Below are positions 40,971-50,690 of a stretch of 64,000 bases of DNA, in pieces (within the stretch, counting starts at the first letter, position 1; each line of letters begins with the position of its first letter). The DNA is taken from positions 6,891 through 70,890 of the forward strand of contig CAZEOQ010000007.1 in assembly GCA_964513995.1 (NCBI GenBank). Reading direction: 5' to 3'. Made by a program: the position numbers and the translations under genes. The DNA comes from an uncultured Desulfobacterales bacterium (GTDB taxonomy: Bacteria; Desulfobacterota; DSM-4660; Desulfatiglandales; JALVZP01). The notes below the pieces were generated by a model. That model was not told the origin of the DNA, ran no database searches, and saw only the letters and a list, made by a program, of their open reading frames with translations.

Positions 40971-42197
40971 ATGTCAAAGGATATCATTGTAGGGCTTGAT
41001 ATAGGAACGACAAAGATCTGTGCATTAGTAGGAAAAATACAGCCAGGAAATGTATTAGAGATCATAGGAGTTGGAACTTATCCATCACACGGTCTGAGAA
41101 AAGGAGTTGTTATAAATATAGATGATACTGTAGAGTCTATTCAAAAGGCAGTAGAAAAAGCAGAGGAGATGGCAGGCTGTGAGATAAATGCAGTATATAT
41201 AGGTATAGCAGGAGGGCACATAAAGAGCTTTAACAGTGAAGGAGCAATTCCTTTAAAACATAAAGAGATAACAAAGAAAGATATAGACAGAGTTATAGAG
41301 GCTGCAAGTGCTATATCTATCCCTATGGACAGAGAAATAATTCAGACAGTGGTTCAAGAATATATCGTAGATGACCAGGACGGAATAGTAAATCCTTTGG
41401 GAATGTCAGGAGTAAGATTAGGTGCAAGGGTTCACATTATAACAGCTGCAGTAACTTCTGCACAGAACATTATAAAATGTGCAAACAGAGCAGGTCTTGA
41501 TGTATGTGATATTATCCTTCAAGCAATTGCTTCAAGTGATGCCGTGCTTTCTAATGAAGAAAAGCAAGGAAATATAATTCTTATAGACCTTGGTGGTGGA
41601 ACAACTGATATGGCTGTATTTTCTAGAGGTGCTGTAAGACATACATTTGTTCTTCCTCTGGGTGGTAACAACCTTACATACGATCTCTCAGTCGGACTTA
41701 AGACATCAGAAAAAGAAGCAGAAGAGATAAAGAAAAAATATGGTTGTGGATGTGTAGAACTTGCTTCTGAAGAGGAAAACATAGAAGTAGTTGGAATTGC
41801 TGGTAAAAGATCAAGAAGGATCTCAAAAAGAACCATAGCAGAGATCTTAGAACCTAGAGTAGAAGAGATCTTTTCCCTTCTTTATGAGGATCTGATAAGA
41901 TCAAATGTTGATGTAAATCTCAACAGGGGTGTTGTAATTACTGGTGGTTCAGCAAAACTTGAAGGGATAGTAGAGGTTGCAGAAAGGATATTTGGAGTGC
42001 CTGTAAGGATAGGATATCCTAAAGGCATTACCGGAATATCAGAAGTTATAAATGATCCGATGTATTCAACAGCTGTTGGACTTGTAAAGTATGGAGCAAG
42101 AGAAGGAAGAAAGAAAAAGAAGTTCAGGATAAGAGATACGAATATCTTTTCTAGGATAATAAACACTATGAAAAAATGGTTTAGTGAAGTTTTTTAA
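40971..42197 (+). CDS. ftsA: Cell division protein FtsA
   Basis: GLDIGTTKI, GLRKGVVINI, DLGGGTTD, AEEIKKKYG, TGGSA, C-terminal amphipathic WFSEVF. Confidence 0.97.
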   Translation: MSKDIIVGLDIGTTKICALVGKIQPGNVLEIIGVGTYPSHGLRKGVVINIDDTVESIQKAVEKAEEMAGCEINAVYIGIAGGHIKSFNSEGAIPLKHKEITKKDIDRVIEAASAISIPMDREIIQTVVQEYIVDDQDGIVNPLGMSGVRLGARVHIITAAVTSAQNIIKCANRAGLDVCDIILQAIASSDAVLSNEEKQGNIILIDLGGGTTDMAVFSRGAVRHTFVLPLGGNNLTYDLSVGLKTSEKEAEEIKKKYGCGCVELASEEENIEVVGIAGKRSRRISKRTIAEILEPRVEEIFSLLYEDLIRSNVDVNLNRGVVITGGSAKLEGIVEVAERIFGVPVRIGYPKGITGISEVINDPMYSTAVGLVKYGAREGRKKKKFRIRDTNIFSRIINTMKKWFSEVF

Positions 42198-42219
42198 ATA
42201 AAAAAAAGGAGGATTTGTT

Positions 42220-43437
42220 ATGAAATTTCAGATAGTTGAAGAAAAGAAGGTATATGCTTCAAAAGCAAGGATTAAGGTAATAGGAGTAGGAGGAGCAGGA
42301 GGAAATGCTGTAAACAACATGATAAGTGCAGGACTTCAGGGAGTGGAATTCATTGTTGCAAATACTGATGTTCAGGATCTTGAAAGATCTCTTTCTCCAG
42401 TAAAGATCCAGTTAGGTCCTGAAGTAACAATGGGTCTTGGTGCAGGAGGAGATCCAGAAGTTGGTAAGATGGCAGCAGAGGAAAGTATAGAAGAGATAAG
42501 GGAAGCTCTTGATGAGCCTGATATGGTATTCATTACTGCTGGGATGGGAGGAGGGACAGGAACAGGAGCAGCACCAATAATAGCAAGGGAATGTAAATCT
42601 ATTGGTGCACTTACAGTAGGAGTTGTGACAAAGCCATTTGAGTTTGAAGGTGAAAGAAGGATGAAAAGGGCTCTTGAAGGAATAGAGAATCTCAGAAAGG
42701 AAGTAGACAGTCTTATTGTAATTCCGAATGAGAGGCTAAAGTCCATAGGGACAAAAGCTGCTGGATTTAAAGAACTTCTTGCAAGAGCAGATGAAGTCCT
42801 TCTTAATGCAGTAAGAGGTATTTCTGATCTTATTACAAGCCAGGGATTTATAAACCTTGACTTTGCTGATGTAAAAAAGGTTATGCAGATGAAAGGAACA
42901 GCTCTTATGGGAAGGGGAAGTGCAAGTGGTGATAAAAGGGCACTTGAAGCAGCAGAGGCAGCAATAAAAAGTCCTCTTCTGGAAGATATCTCTATAAAAG
43001 GAGCAAAAGGTCTTCTTATGAACATAACAGGTCCTTCTAACATGAGTATGGAAGAGATAGATGCAGCTTGCACTTTCTTAAAGAACGAAGTAAGTGAGGA
43101 TGCAGAAATCTACTGGGGAGTAGTATTTGACGATAGTCTTGGAGATGAAGTTCAGATTACAGTTATTGCTACAGGAATAGAATCAGAAGAAGTCATGAAG
43201 AAAGAAGAAGAAGAAAGGTCTAAGTATAAAAATGTAGTGGAGTTTAGGACAGGAAAGCTGAGAGATGCAACACCTGAAGACATGAAAGAACCCTGGACTG
43301 TAAGAAGAAAAAGTAAAGAAGAAAAAAGGGTTTCACAGAATGAAGAAAAAAGGGAAAGCTTTTTTGAAAGACTTAATAAAAAGATAAACCTGGATTATCC
43401 GACATTTTTAAGGCTAAAGACAGAAGAAAATAAATGA
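42220..43437 (+). CDS. ftsZ: Cell division protein FtsZ
   Basis: GVGGAGGNAVN, GMGGGTGTG, INLDFADV, C-terminal LDYPTFLR. Confidence 0.98.
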   Translation: MKFQIVEEKKVYASKARIKVIGVGGAGGNAVNNMISAGLQGVEFIVANTDVQDLERSLSPVKIQLGPEVTMGLGAGGDPEVGKMAAEESIEEIREALDEPDMVFITAGMGGGTGTGAAPIIARECKSIGALTVGVVTKPFEFEGERRMKRALEGIENLRKEVDSLIVIPNERLKSIGTKAAGFKELLARADEVLLNAVRGISDLITSQGFINLDFADVKKVMQMKGTALMGRGSASGDKRALEAAEAAIKSPLLEDISIKGAKGLLMNITGPSNMSMEEIDAACTFLKNEVSEDAEIYWGVVFDDSLGDEVQITVIATGIESEEVMKKEEEERSKYKNVVEFRTGKLRDATPEDMKEPWTVRRKSKEEKRVSQNEEKRESFFERLNKKINLDYPTFLRLKTEENK

Positions 43438-45125
43438 AAAAAGAAAAAGGAGGGATAAGAAAAAAGAAAAAAGGAAGATTGAGCTTTGCACTTGTATATC
43501 CAAACCTTTATCATGTCGGAATGTCAAGTTTAGGATTTCAGCTCGTTTACAGTATCTTAAACAGAAGGGATGAAGTTGTTGCTGAAAGATTCTTCCTTCC
43601 TGAAGAAGGTGAAAAGTTGAGATCTGTTGAATCAAATCTTCCCTTAGATAAATTTCATGTTATTGCTTTTTCCATCTCTTTTGAAAATGATTATATAAAT
43701 GTTCTGAAAATTCTAAATTTAGGAGGAATTCCTCTTTTTTCAAAAGAAAGACAGAATGTTCCTCCTCTTGTAATAGCAGGAGGAATAACGACTTTTCTAA
43801 ATCCAGAGCCTCTTTCTCCATTTATAGACTTCTTTATACTAGGAGAAGCTGAAAAATGTCTTGATAATGTCGTTGATCTTCTTATTGATTCACTTGGAAA
43901 GTTCTCAAAAAAAGAAGATCTTCTACTTTTTCTTGCAAAGAATGAGGAAAGTATATATGTCCCTTCTTTTTATGATGTGGAATACAATGCAGATGGGACA
44001 ATTAGGTCATTTTATCCAAATAAGAAAGACCTACCTGAAAGGATAAAAGTAGCAAAAGATGTTCCATTAAGAAGTGTTGCTTCATCTGTAATTATCTCCC
44101 ATGATACAGAATTTTCTGACAGGATCCTTATTGAACTTTCAAGAGGATGCAAAAGATCTTGTAGATTCTGTGCAGCAGGATATGTTTATAGACCTCCTCG
44201 TTTTCACAATTCTTCTGATCTTCTAAATTCAATAGAAGAATCATTAAAAAAGACAGATAATCTTGGTCTTCTCAGTGCATCTGTTTGTGATGTTCCAAAT
44301 ATAAAAGAGATACTTGGGTTTATTTGTGAAAAAGGAGCAAAGTTTTCTATATCTTCTATAAGAGCTGATTTTGTTGATCTTGAATTTCTCAGTTATTTAA
44401 AAAAATCAGGGCAAAAAAAGGTTACACTTGGAATTGAGGCAGGTTCAGAAAGGCTTAGAAGTCTTATAAATAAACATCTAAAAGAAGACCAAATTATAAA
44501 TACTGCTATACTTGTTGCAAAAGCAGAGCTTTCTATAAAGCTCTACTTTATGATAGGACTGCCTAAGGAGGAATGGCAAGACATAGAGGAGATCTTAAGG
44601 CTTATAAAGCTTATAAAACACAACATGATAAGAGAAAGTGCGCCTAAGGGAAAAGTAAGTGGAATAAGGATAAATATAAGCTGTTTTGTTCCAAAACCTT
44701 TTACTCCTTTTCAATGGACAGCCATGGATGAGGTTGACAGTTTAAAGAAAAAGCAAAAATGGCTTTCAAAAGAGATTAGAAAACTTGGAGGAATAAGAGT
44801 AAGCTTTGATGTCCCAAAATGGGCTTACATTCAAGCCCTTCTTTCATTAGGAGACAGAAGAGTAGGAAATCTTCTTTTCCTTGCCTTCAGTTTTGATGGA
44901 AACTGGAAAAAGGCACTTAAGAATTCTGACATAAATCCTGACTTCTTTGTTTACAGAAACAGATCATATGATGAGATACTTCCATGGGATTTTATAAATC
45001 ATGGAATAAAAAAGGATTATTTGAAAAAAGAAGCAGACCTTGCATTTTCTTATAAACAGACAGAGATATGTCCTTTGATTAAAGGATGCAAGAAGTGTGG
45101 TGTATGTTATCTTTTTGAATACTGA
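43434..45125 (+). CDS. Radical SAM protein with B12-binding-like N-terminal domain (function unknown)
   Basis: YPNLYHVGMSSLGFQ, RGCKRSCRFC (CxxxCxxC), EAGSERLR, YFMIGLP, FVPKPFTPFQW, LPWDFI. Confidence 0.87.
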   Translation: MKKEKGGIRKKKKGRLSFALVYPNLYHVGMSSLGFQLVYSILNRRDEVVAERFFLPEEGEKLRSVESNLPLDKFHVIAFSISFENDYINVLKILNLGGIPLFSKERQNVPPLVIAGGITTFLNPEPLSPFIDFFILGEAEKCLDNVVDLLIDSLGKFSKKEDLLLFLAKNEESIYVPSFYDVEYNADGTIRSFYPNKKDLPERIKVAKDVPLRSVASSVIISHDTEFSDRILIELSRGCKRSCRFCAAGYVYRPPRFHNSSDLLNSIEESLKKTDNLGLLSASVCDVPNIKEILGFICEKGAKFSISSIRADFVDLEFLSYLKKSGQKKVTLGIEAGSERLRSLINKHLKEDQIINTAILVAKAELSIKLYFMIGLPKEEWQDIEEILRLIKLIKHNMIRESAPKGKVSGIRINISCFVPKPFTPFQWTAMDEVDSLKKKQKWLSKEIRKLGGIRVSFDVPKWAYIQALLSLGDRRVGNLLFLAFSFDGNWKKALKNSDINPDFFVYRNRSYDEILPWDFINHGIKKDYLKKEADLAFSYKQTEICPLIKGCKKCGVCYLFEY

Positions 45126-45502
45126 GGACTTTTTCTTGCCTTTTTCTTTCCGTATTTTTTCCTTTCCTTTTCTCTTGGATCTCTTGTAAGCATCCCAGCT
45201 TTTTTAAGAATAGGCTTCAGTTCAGGATTCATTTCAACAAGGGCTCTGCTTATTCCATGACGGAGAGCTCCTGCCTGACCAGAAATTCCTCCTCCTTTTA
45301 CAGTTGCTTTTACATCTACTTTTCCTAAAAGATTACAGAGTTTAAGAGGTTCAAGTGCGTGGAATCTATATCCTTCTTCAGGTAGATATTCTTCCAAAGG
45401 TTTTTTATTTACTTCAATATTTCCTGTTCCCTCTTTTATCCAGACTCTTGCTACTGCCCTTTTTCTCCTTCCTGTTGCATAAAAGATCTTTTCTGCAACC
45501 AT
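45107..45502 (-). CDS. rpsI: 30S ribosomal protein S9
   Basis: YATGRRKRAVARV...GGGISGQAGA...LTRDPR.KERKKYG...QYSKR. Confidence 0.98.
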   Translation of the reverse strand: MVAEKIFYATGRRKRAVARVWIKEGTGNIEVNKKPLEEYLPEEGYRFHALEPLKLCNLLGKVDVKATVKGGGISGQAGALRHGISRALVEMNPELKPILKKAGMLTRDPREKERKKYGKKKARKSPQYSKR

Positions 45503-45504
45503 CC

Positions 45505-45933
45505 CTAAATCTCCCATTTTATTGGTTTTTGTGCTTCATGAGGATGATTAGGTCCTGCATAAACTTTGAGCTTTTTCAGGAGCTTTCTTCCAAGCCTGTT
45601 CTTAGGAAGCATTCCTCTTACTGCGTGTCTTATAAGTTCTTCTGGCTTCTTTTTTAGAAGCTCTTTTGCAGATATCTTTTTAAGACCTCCCATGTATCCA
45701 CTGTGACGATAATAGAACTTGTTTTCCCACTTTTTTCCTGTAAGCCTTACCTTTTCTGCATTTATTACAATCACAAAATCACCTGTGTCTACATGTGGAG
45801 TAAAGATTGGTTTATCCTTTCCCCTGAGCTTTATAGCAATCTGAGATGCAAGCCTTCCCAAAACCTTTCCAGAAGCATCTACAAGATACCACTTTCTTTC
45901 AACCTCACCTTTTTTTGCCATATAGGTCTTCAT
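45505..45933 (-). CDS. rplM: 50S ribosomal protein L13
   Basis: [14 protein letters not shown]...[12 protein letters not shown]...YYRHSGY...GMLPKNRLG...HPHEAQ. Confidence 0.98.
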   Translation of the reverse strand: MKTYMAKKGEVERKWYLVDASGKVLGRLASQIAIKLRGKDKPIFTPHVDTGDFVIVINAEKVRLTGKKWENKFYYRHSGYMGGLKKISAKELLKKKPEELIRHAVRGMLPKNRLGRKLLKKLKVYAGPNHPHEAQKPIKWEI

Positions 45934-46046
45934 AATCTTCTCCTTGATTTTTTAGGTTTGATTTTTTATTAAACTCTAAAAGAGATGTCAAACTAAAATT
46001 TTTGGTTGAAAAATTGTTCTGAATAAATATAATAAAAATAGAAAAT

Positions 46047-46343
46047 ATGATCAAGGCGATACTGATAATAATTCACACGATACTCTGTGCATTGCTTGTA
46101 GCCGTGGTCATCCTTCAGAAGGGAAAAGGAGCTGATATTGGAGCTGTGTTTGGAAGCACAACGCAGACGCTTTTTGGAGTTGCAGGTCCAGGTTCTTTCT
46201 TACAAAAGATTACTGCTTTCTTAGCAGCAGCTTTCTTTCTGACTTCACTTGGACTTTCGGTATTTATGAGCAAAGCTCAGGTAAGGTCTGTAATGGATAA
46301 CGTAAAGGTAACTGTAACTGAGAAGACAAATGAAAGTAAATAA
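46047..46343 (+). CDS. secG: Preprotein translocase subunit SecG
   Basis: VILQKGKGADIGAVFG...FLQKITA; followed by tRNA-Leu (conserved synteny); TTGAAA-N16-TATAAT upstream. Confidence 0.94.
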   Translation: MIKAILIIIHTILCALLVAVVILQKGKGADIGAVFGSTTQTLFGVAGPGSFLQKITAFLAAAFFLTSLGLSVFMSKAQVRSVMDNVKVTVTEKTNESK

Positions 46344-46347
46344 AAGT

Positions 46348-46432
46348 GCCGAAGTGGTGGAATTGGTAGACACGCTATCTTGAGGGGGTAGTGGGCGTTA
46401 AGCCCGTGCGGGTTCGAGTCCCGCCTTCGGCA
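46348..46432 (+). tRNA. tRNA-Leu (GAG)
   Basis: GCCGAAGTGGTGGAATTGGTAGACACGCTATCTTGAGGGGGTAGTGGGCGTTAAGCCCGTGCGGGTTCGAGTCCCGCCTTCGGCA; long variable arm, anticodon GAG. Confidence 0.96.
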
Positions 46433-46442
46433 CTTAATTTAT

Positions 46443-47261
46443 ATGAAATTTCTTCAATACTACGAAGACGGAAAAATAAAGGTAGCAGTCAAAGAAAGAG
46501 ATTTTATTATCCCTTTTTTATTTTCTGGAGATCTAAAGGAGCTTCTCCTCAAAAAAGACCTTCCTGAACTTTCAAAGGAAAGAATTCCTATAAAAGAAGT
46601 AAAACTTGCTCCTCCTATAGTTAATCCAAGCAAGATAATAGCAATTGGTCTAAATTATAGAGGTCACATAAAAGAAAGTAAGGGAAAAATTCCTGAAGTT
46701 CCCATAATATTTTCCAAATTCCCAAACAGCATAATAGGACCAGATGACTATATTGTATGGAAAAGAAGCATTACAAAAAAAGTAGACTATGAAGCAGAAC
46801 TTGCAGTAGTTATAGGAAAAGAGATAAAAGAATGCTCTGAAGAAGAAGCAATAGATGCTATATTTGGATATACATGTGCAAATGATGTAAGTGCAAGAGA
46901 TCTTCAGTTTTCAGATGGACAGTGGACACGCGGAAAATCTCTTGATACATTCTGTCCAATTGGACCATGGATAGTTACAAAAGATGAGATTGATCCAGAT
47001 AGCTTAGAGATAAGATGCTATTTGAATGGAAGACTTATGCAAAAGAGCAATACAAAAGAAATGATCTTTTCTGTTCCATGGCTTATAAGCTTTCTTTCAA
47101 GGCATTTTACACTTCTTCCAGGTGATCTTATCCTTACAGGAACACCAGAAGGTGTTGGTGCTTTTAGAAATCCTTCTGTCTGGCTTAAGGATGGAGACGA
47201 AGTTGTTGTGGAAATAGAAGGAATAGGAAGGCTCGTAAACAGATGCAAGGAGCTTAGCTGA
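46443..47261 (+). CDS. Fumarylacetoacetate hydrolase family protein
   Basis: KIIAIGLNY, DYEAELAVVIG, GYTCANDVSARD, GKSLDTF, PGDLILTGTP. Confidence 0.93.
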   Translation: MKFLQYYEDGKIKVAVKERDFIIPFLFSGDLKELLLKKDLPELSKERIPIKEVKLAPPIVNPSKIIAIGLNYRGHIKESKGKIPEVPIIFSKFPNSIIGPDDYIVWKRSITKKVDYEAELAVVIGKEIKECSEEEAIDAIFGYTCANDVSARDLQFSDGQWTRGKSLDTFCPIGPWIVTKDEIDPDSLEIRCYLNGRLMQKSNTKEMIFSVPWLISFLSRHFTLLPGDLILTGTPEGVGAFRNPSVWLKDGDEVVVEIEGIGRLVNRCKELS

Positions 47262-47383
47262 AAGGTTTCCTTCAGTCTTTGCTATTTCAAAATCAATGTC
47301 ATTTATGAAGTTAGCTGTTGCAGCTTCCTCTTTCTCACGCATTCCAGTACTTTCCTGTTCCCTTTTCCAGGAATTTGTTTTTT

Positions 47384-48436
47384 TCACAAAAAAAACTCTC
47401 TTATTACTTGCTCATGTAAGATTGGTCTAAACAGTTTTATCTTTTCATTCCTTCTTGTTGGATGAATCCTGTTTGTAAGAAATATTACAATTGCTTTTTT
47501 TTCAAGATCTATCCAAACAGATGTCCCAGTAAAACCAAGATGTCCAACACTTTTTTCAGAAAAAAACCTACCACAGCTTGATCTATCTGTTGGTGTATCC
47601 CAGCCGAGTGTCCATCTTTTGTTCTGTTTTCTGAAGAATTCTTCCACAGTAGATCTTTTAAAAAAATCCTCCCTCTTTCCAGAATAATGATCAAGAAGAA
47701 GTTTGCTTAAAAGGAAAAGATCTTCTGCTGTGCTAAAAAGTCCTGAATGTCCAGATGAGCCACCAATAGCCCAAGCATTTTCATCATGAACTTCTCCTTG
47801 AATAATTCTTTTTCTCCATGGACAGAATTCTGTCGCAGCAAACCTGTCTCTGTGGATCTTTTTTTCTGGATATGAGAGAAATGTGTCCTTTAGAGGGACC
47901 TTTCTGTAGATGTCTTCTAAAAAAGACTTCATCTTTTTCTTAGAAACAGCTTCTACAGCTGCTTCAAGAAGAATAAAGCCAAGATCACTATATAAGATGT
48001 CTTTTCCAGGTGGAAATAGGAGCTCTTCTTTAAGGATCCACTCTAATGTAATCCTTTTTCTTTCTCTGAGTGGATATCTTTGAAGCTTAAGATAATATGG
48101 TCTCCATGAAGGAAGTCCTGATGAATGGCTTAAAAGCATCCTTATCGTAATTTTCCTTTTTTCTTTTGGAGTCGGTATTATTTCTGAAATTGGCATATCT
48201 AAATCAAGGATTCCATCATCTACAAGTTTCATAATAGAAAAAGCTGTTGCAAATGGCTTTGTAAGTGAAGCAAGATCAAATATCGTGTCTTCTTTTACAG
48301 AAACACAATAAGGGATCTTTTTTGAATATCCAACAGCACATCTAAAAAGAAGTTTTTCATCTTTTCCAACAAAAAGGCAAGCTCCAGGAAAGACTTTTTT
48401 TTTTAAGGCTTCTTTAAGAAGGTCTTCTGTATTCAT
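47384..48436 (-). CDS. Serine hydrolase, beta-lactamase class C/AmiE-like family
   Basis: FDLASLTK (SxxK), LLSHSSG, YSDLGF, GEVHDENA, GHLGFTGTS, LTNRIHP. Confidence 0.9.
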   Translation of the reverse strand: MNTEDLLKEALKKKVFPGACLFVGKDEKLLFRCAVGYSKKIPYCVSVKEDTIFDLASLTKPFATAFSIMKLVDDGILDLDMPISEIIPTPKEKRKITIRMLLSHSSGLPSWRPYYLKLQRYPLRERKRITLEWILKEELLFPPGKDILYSDLGFILLEAAVEAVSKKKMKSFLEDIYRKVPLKDTFLSYPEKKIHRDRFAATEFCPWRKRIIQGEVHDENAWAIGGSSGHSGLFSTAEDLFLLSKLLLDHYSGKREDFFKRSTVEEFFRKQNKRWTLGWDTPTDRSSCGRFFSEKSVGHLGFTGTSVWIDLEKKAIVIFLTNRIHPTRRNEKIKLFRPILHEQVIREFFL

Positions 48437-49617
48437 GTGGGAACAGAAGCTTTATATATAAGAGCATCTCCTTTAAGTTCATACTGCGGCATAGAGGAAG
48501 GGATAAGATAAGATTCACCTTTTTTTATCTCTATCAATTCATCTTCTACACTTATATATCCCTTTCCCTTAACTGCTATAATTATCTCAGCAGATCTTTC
48601 TTTTTCTGACATCCATCTTCCTTTTTTAAGATCAATAGAAGAAAGCTGAAATTCTTCAGCTGGAGTTACATAAATCTTTTCAGGTCCTTTTTGAACAGGG
48701 TTAATTATATCCTGAGAAACTGGTCTAAAGTTCACAACTTTTAAAAGCTCTTCTATATCTACATGCTTGTGTGTGAGTCCTCCTCTCAGGACATTATCAG
48801 AATTTGCCATAAGCTCAATACCAACTCCTTCTATGTATGCATGAAGCTCTCCTGGAGGAATGTATATTGCTTCTGATTCCTTAAGGATAAATCTTTTTAG
48901 GAAAAGAGGAGAAATGATTCCTATGTCATTTGGAAAAAGCTCATTGAGTTTTAAAACAAGAGAATATTCCTCTTCACTTCCCTTATACTTTTCAGCATTT
49001 TCAACAAGTTCACTGATTACAGCATCCTTTCTCCTTTCGTCCATCTTCATAATTGAGACAAAAAGATCTTTTAGTCTTTTTTCTGGATCTTCTTTAAAGA
49101 AAGATATCTCTTCTTTTAGGCTTTTTGGAACTGCTTTTTCTAAAAGATATAGAATCTCTTTTGGATTTTTAAATCCTTTAAGTGCTTCAAATCTGCTTAT
49201 AGCACAAAGAATTTCTGGCTTATGATTCCTGTCCTTATAATTCCTTTCTGGAGCAGAAATAGGAATTCCCTTTTTTTCTTCTTTTTCAAACCCTTCCTTT
49301 GCCTGTCTTTTATCTGGATGAACCTGAATAGAAAGTGGTCTTTCTGCAGCAATTATCTTAAAAAGAAAAGGAAGTTCTCTGAATCTTTCTGCTACTTTCT
49401 TTCCAAGTATAGATACAGGATCTTCCAGAATAAGCTTATCAAGAGACATCCATCTTCCATCTATCTTTACTTCTGAAGGTGCTTTTGGATGTGCTCCCAT
49501 CCAAAGCTCTGCAACAGGCCCACTTTCAGATATTCCAACAATAGACTGGATAGCACTCCTTGATCCCCAGTCATATTTCTGAATCTTATTTCTCAATTTA
49601 AGTGGTCTTTTAAACAT
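48433..49617 (-). CDS. manA: Mannose-6-phosphate isomerase, type I
   Basis: YDWGS, AELWMGAHP, LPFLFK, LSIQVHP, NYKDRNHKPE, HAYIEG, MANSDNVLRGGLT. Confidence 0.95.
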   Translation of the reverse strand: MFKRPLKLRNKIQKYDWGSRSAIQSIVGISESGPVAELWMGAHPKAPSEVKIDGRWMSLDKLILEDPVSILGKKVAERFRELPFLFKIIAAERPLSIQVHPDKRQAKEGFEKEEKKGIPISAPERNYKDRNHKPEILCAISRFEALKGFKNPKEILYLLEKAVPKSLKEEISFFKEDPEKRLKDLFVSIMKMDERRKDAVISELVENAEKYKGSEEEYSLVLKLNELFPNDIGIISPLFLKRFILKESEAIYIPPGELHAYIEGVGIELMANSDNVLRGGLTHKHVDIEELLKVVNFRPVSQDIINPVQKGPEKIYVTPAEEFQLSSIDLKKGRWMSEKERSAEIIIAVKGKGYISVEDELIEIKKGESYLIPSSMPQYELKGDALIYKASVPT

Positions 49618-50230
49618 CTTCTTTAAGGAATCTTTCTACTTCTTTTTCTATCCTTTTTGTCATTCCCCAATAAAAATGATCAGCTCCTTCTATTATACAC
49701 AGCTTAGCAGATGGATTCCATTCTTTTATCATCTCTTTTAGCATATCTGGTGGAGCTATATCATCATATGATCCTGTAATTATCAGTTTTATCTTTGGAT
49801 TGTATTTCAGAAAAGAAAAGTCAATCATTGAAACAGGAGGAGAAACAAAAAGAAAATGATCACTTAAGGAAAGCTCTTCTATGCAAGAGCATATTACCCA
49901 GGATCCAAATGAATAACCAGAAACAGCAACTTTTTCTTTTACAATATCCCTAAGATACCTAAATGCTGCCTTTAAATCTTCCCTTTCTCCTATTCCATTG
50001 CTGTATGAACCACTGCTTTTTCCTACTCCTCTAAAGTTAAATCTAAGTGTTGTCCATCCCATCCTGTAATATGCATTCCTTAAAGCTTCTACAACATTGT
50101 TATACATGCTTCCACCATAAAGTGGATGTGGATGTGCAATAAGGACTGCTTTTTCATCTGAGTTTTTCCAAAGAAGTCCTTCAAGGATAACATCTCCTTC
50201 TGACTTTATAAATACTTTTTCTTCACTCAT
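49610..50230 (-). CDS. Alpha/beta-fold hydrolase (COG2945-like)
   Basis: HPHPLYGGSMYNNVV, RFNFRGVG, GYSFG, GADHF; ATG 50230 after AGGAGG. Confidence 0.9.
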   Translation of the reverse strand: MSEEKVFIKSEGDVILEGLLWKNSDEKAVLIAHPHPLYGGSMYNNVVEALRNAYYRMGWTTLRFNFRGVGKSSGSYSNGIGEREDLKAAFRYLRDIVKEKVAVSGYSFGSWVICSCIEELSLSDHFLFVSPPVSMIDFSFLKYNPKIKLIITGSYDDIAPPDMLKEMIKEWNPSAKLCIIEGADHFYWGMTKRIEKEVERFLKEDV

Positions 50231-50469
50231 ACAACCTCCTCCTTTATACTTCCTTGTCTTATCCATATCCTATACATCCTTTTTCCTTTAAGACATCCTT
50301 CATCAAAGAAGACCTCCTCTACTTTTACTTCTCCTGCTATCTGCTTTATCTGATCCAGCCAGTTTTTAAAGTGCTCTCCATCTCCAAAATATACCTTCTT
50401 CCACTTTCTTCCTTCCCTGTCAGTCATTTCATATATCTTTTCCTCTTCTTCAAAAAAATGACACCTCAT
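50227..50469 (-). CDS. Hypothetical protein (about 80 aa)
   Basis: ATG 50469 overlaps the upstream stop (ATGA) and its stop overlaps the hydrolase start; sequence MRCHFFEEEEK...WKKVYFGDGEHFKNWLDQ...MYRIWIR. Confidence 0.7.
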   Translation of the reverse strand: MRCHFFEEEEKIYEMTDREGRKWKKVYFGDGEHFKNWLDQIKQIAGEVKVEEVFFDEGCLKGKRMYRIWIRQGSIKEEVV

Positions 50470-50690
50470 TTTCTTTCTGCTACATATACTCCATCCCAAT
50501 CTTTTGGAGGAGGTTCATCAAGATATCTCTTACATCTTTCTATAAACAAATCTGCTACTCTGTCATTATATTCCTCTTTTAGTATAAGAAAATAGCTTAG
50601 AGCTTTTTTGAATTCCCTATTTCTGTAAAGATAAAGAGCCTTGTGAAAAAGGTTTAATGCTTCTTCTTCCATCTTTTCTGTAACAAGCTC
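50466..50690 (-). pseudogene. Out-of-frame C-terminal (TPR-like) part of the CHASE2 adenylate cyclase
   Basis: ELVTEKMEEEALNLFHKALYLYRNREFKKA...RCKRYLDEPPPKDWDGVY is the typical tail of CHASE2 class III cyclases and joins the upstream ORF if one TA unit is restored. Confidence 0.75.

Noticed and set aside
46348-46442. tRNA-Leu (or tRNA-Gly/Cys) as an integration site
   Set aside because: No integrase and no duplicated tRNA 3' end seen in the window.
47097-47387. 96-aa minus-strand ORF after the serine hydrolase
   Set aside because: More than half overlaps the FAH gene antisense and no family is recognisable; the first 40 codons might be a relic but cannot be supported.
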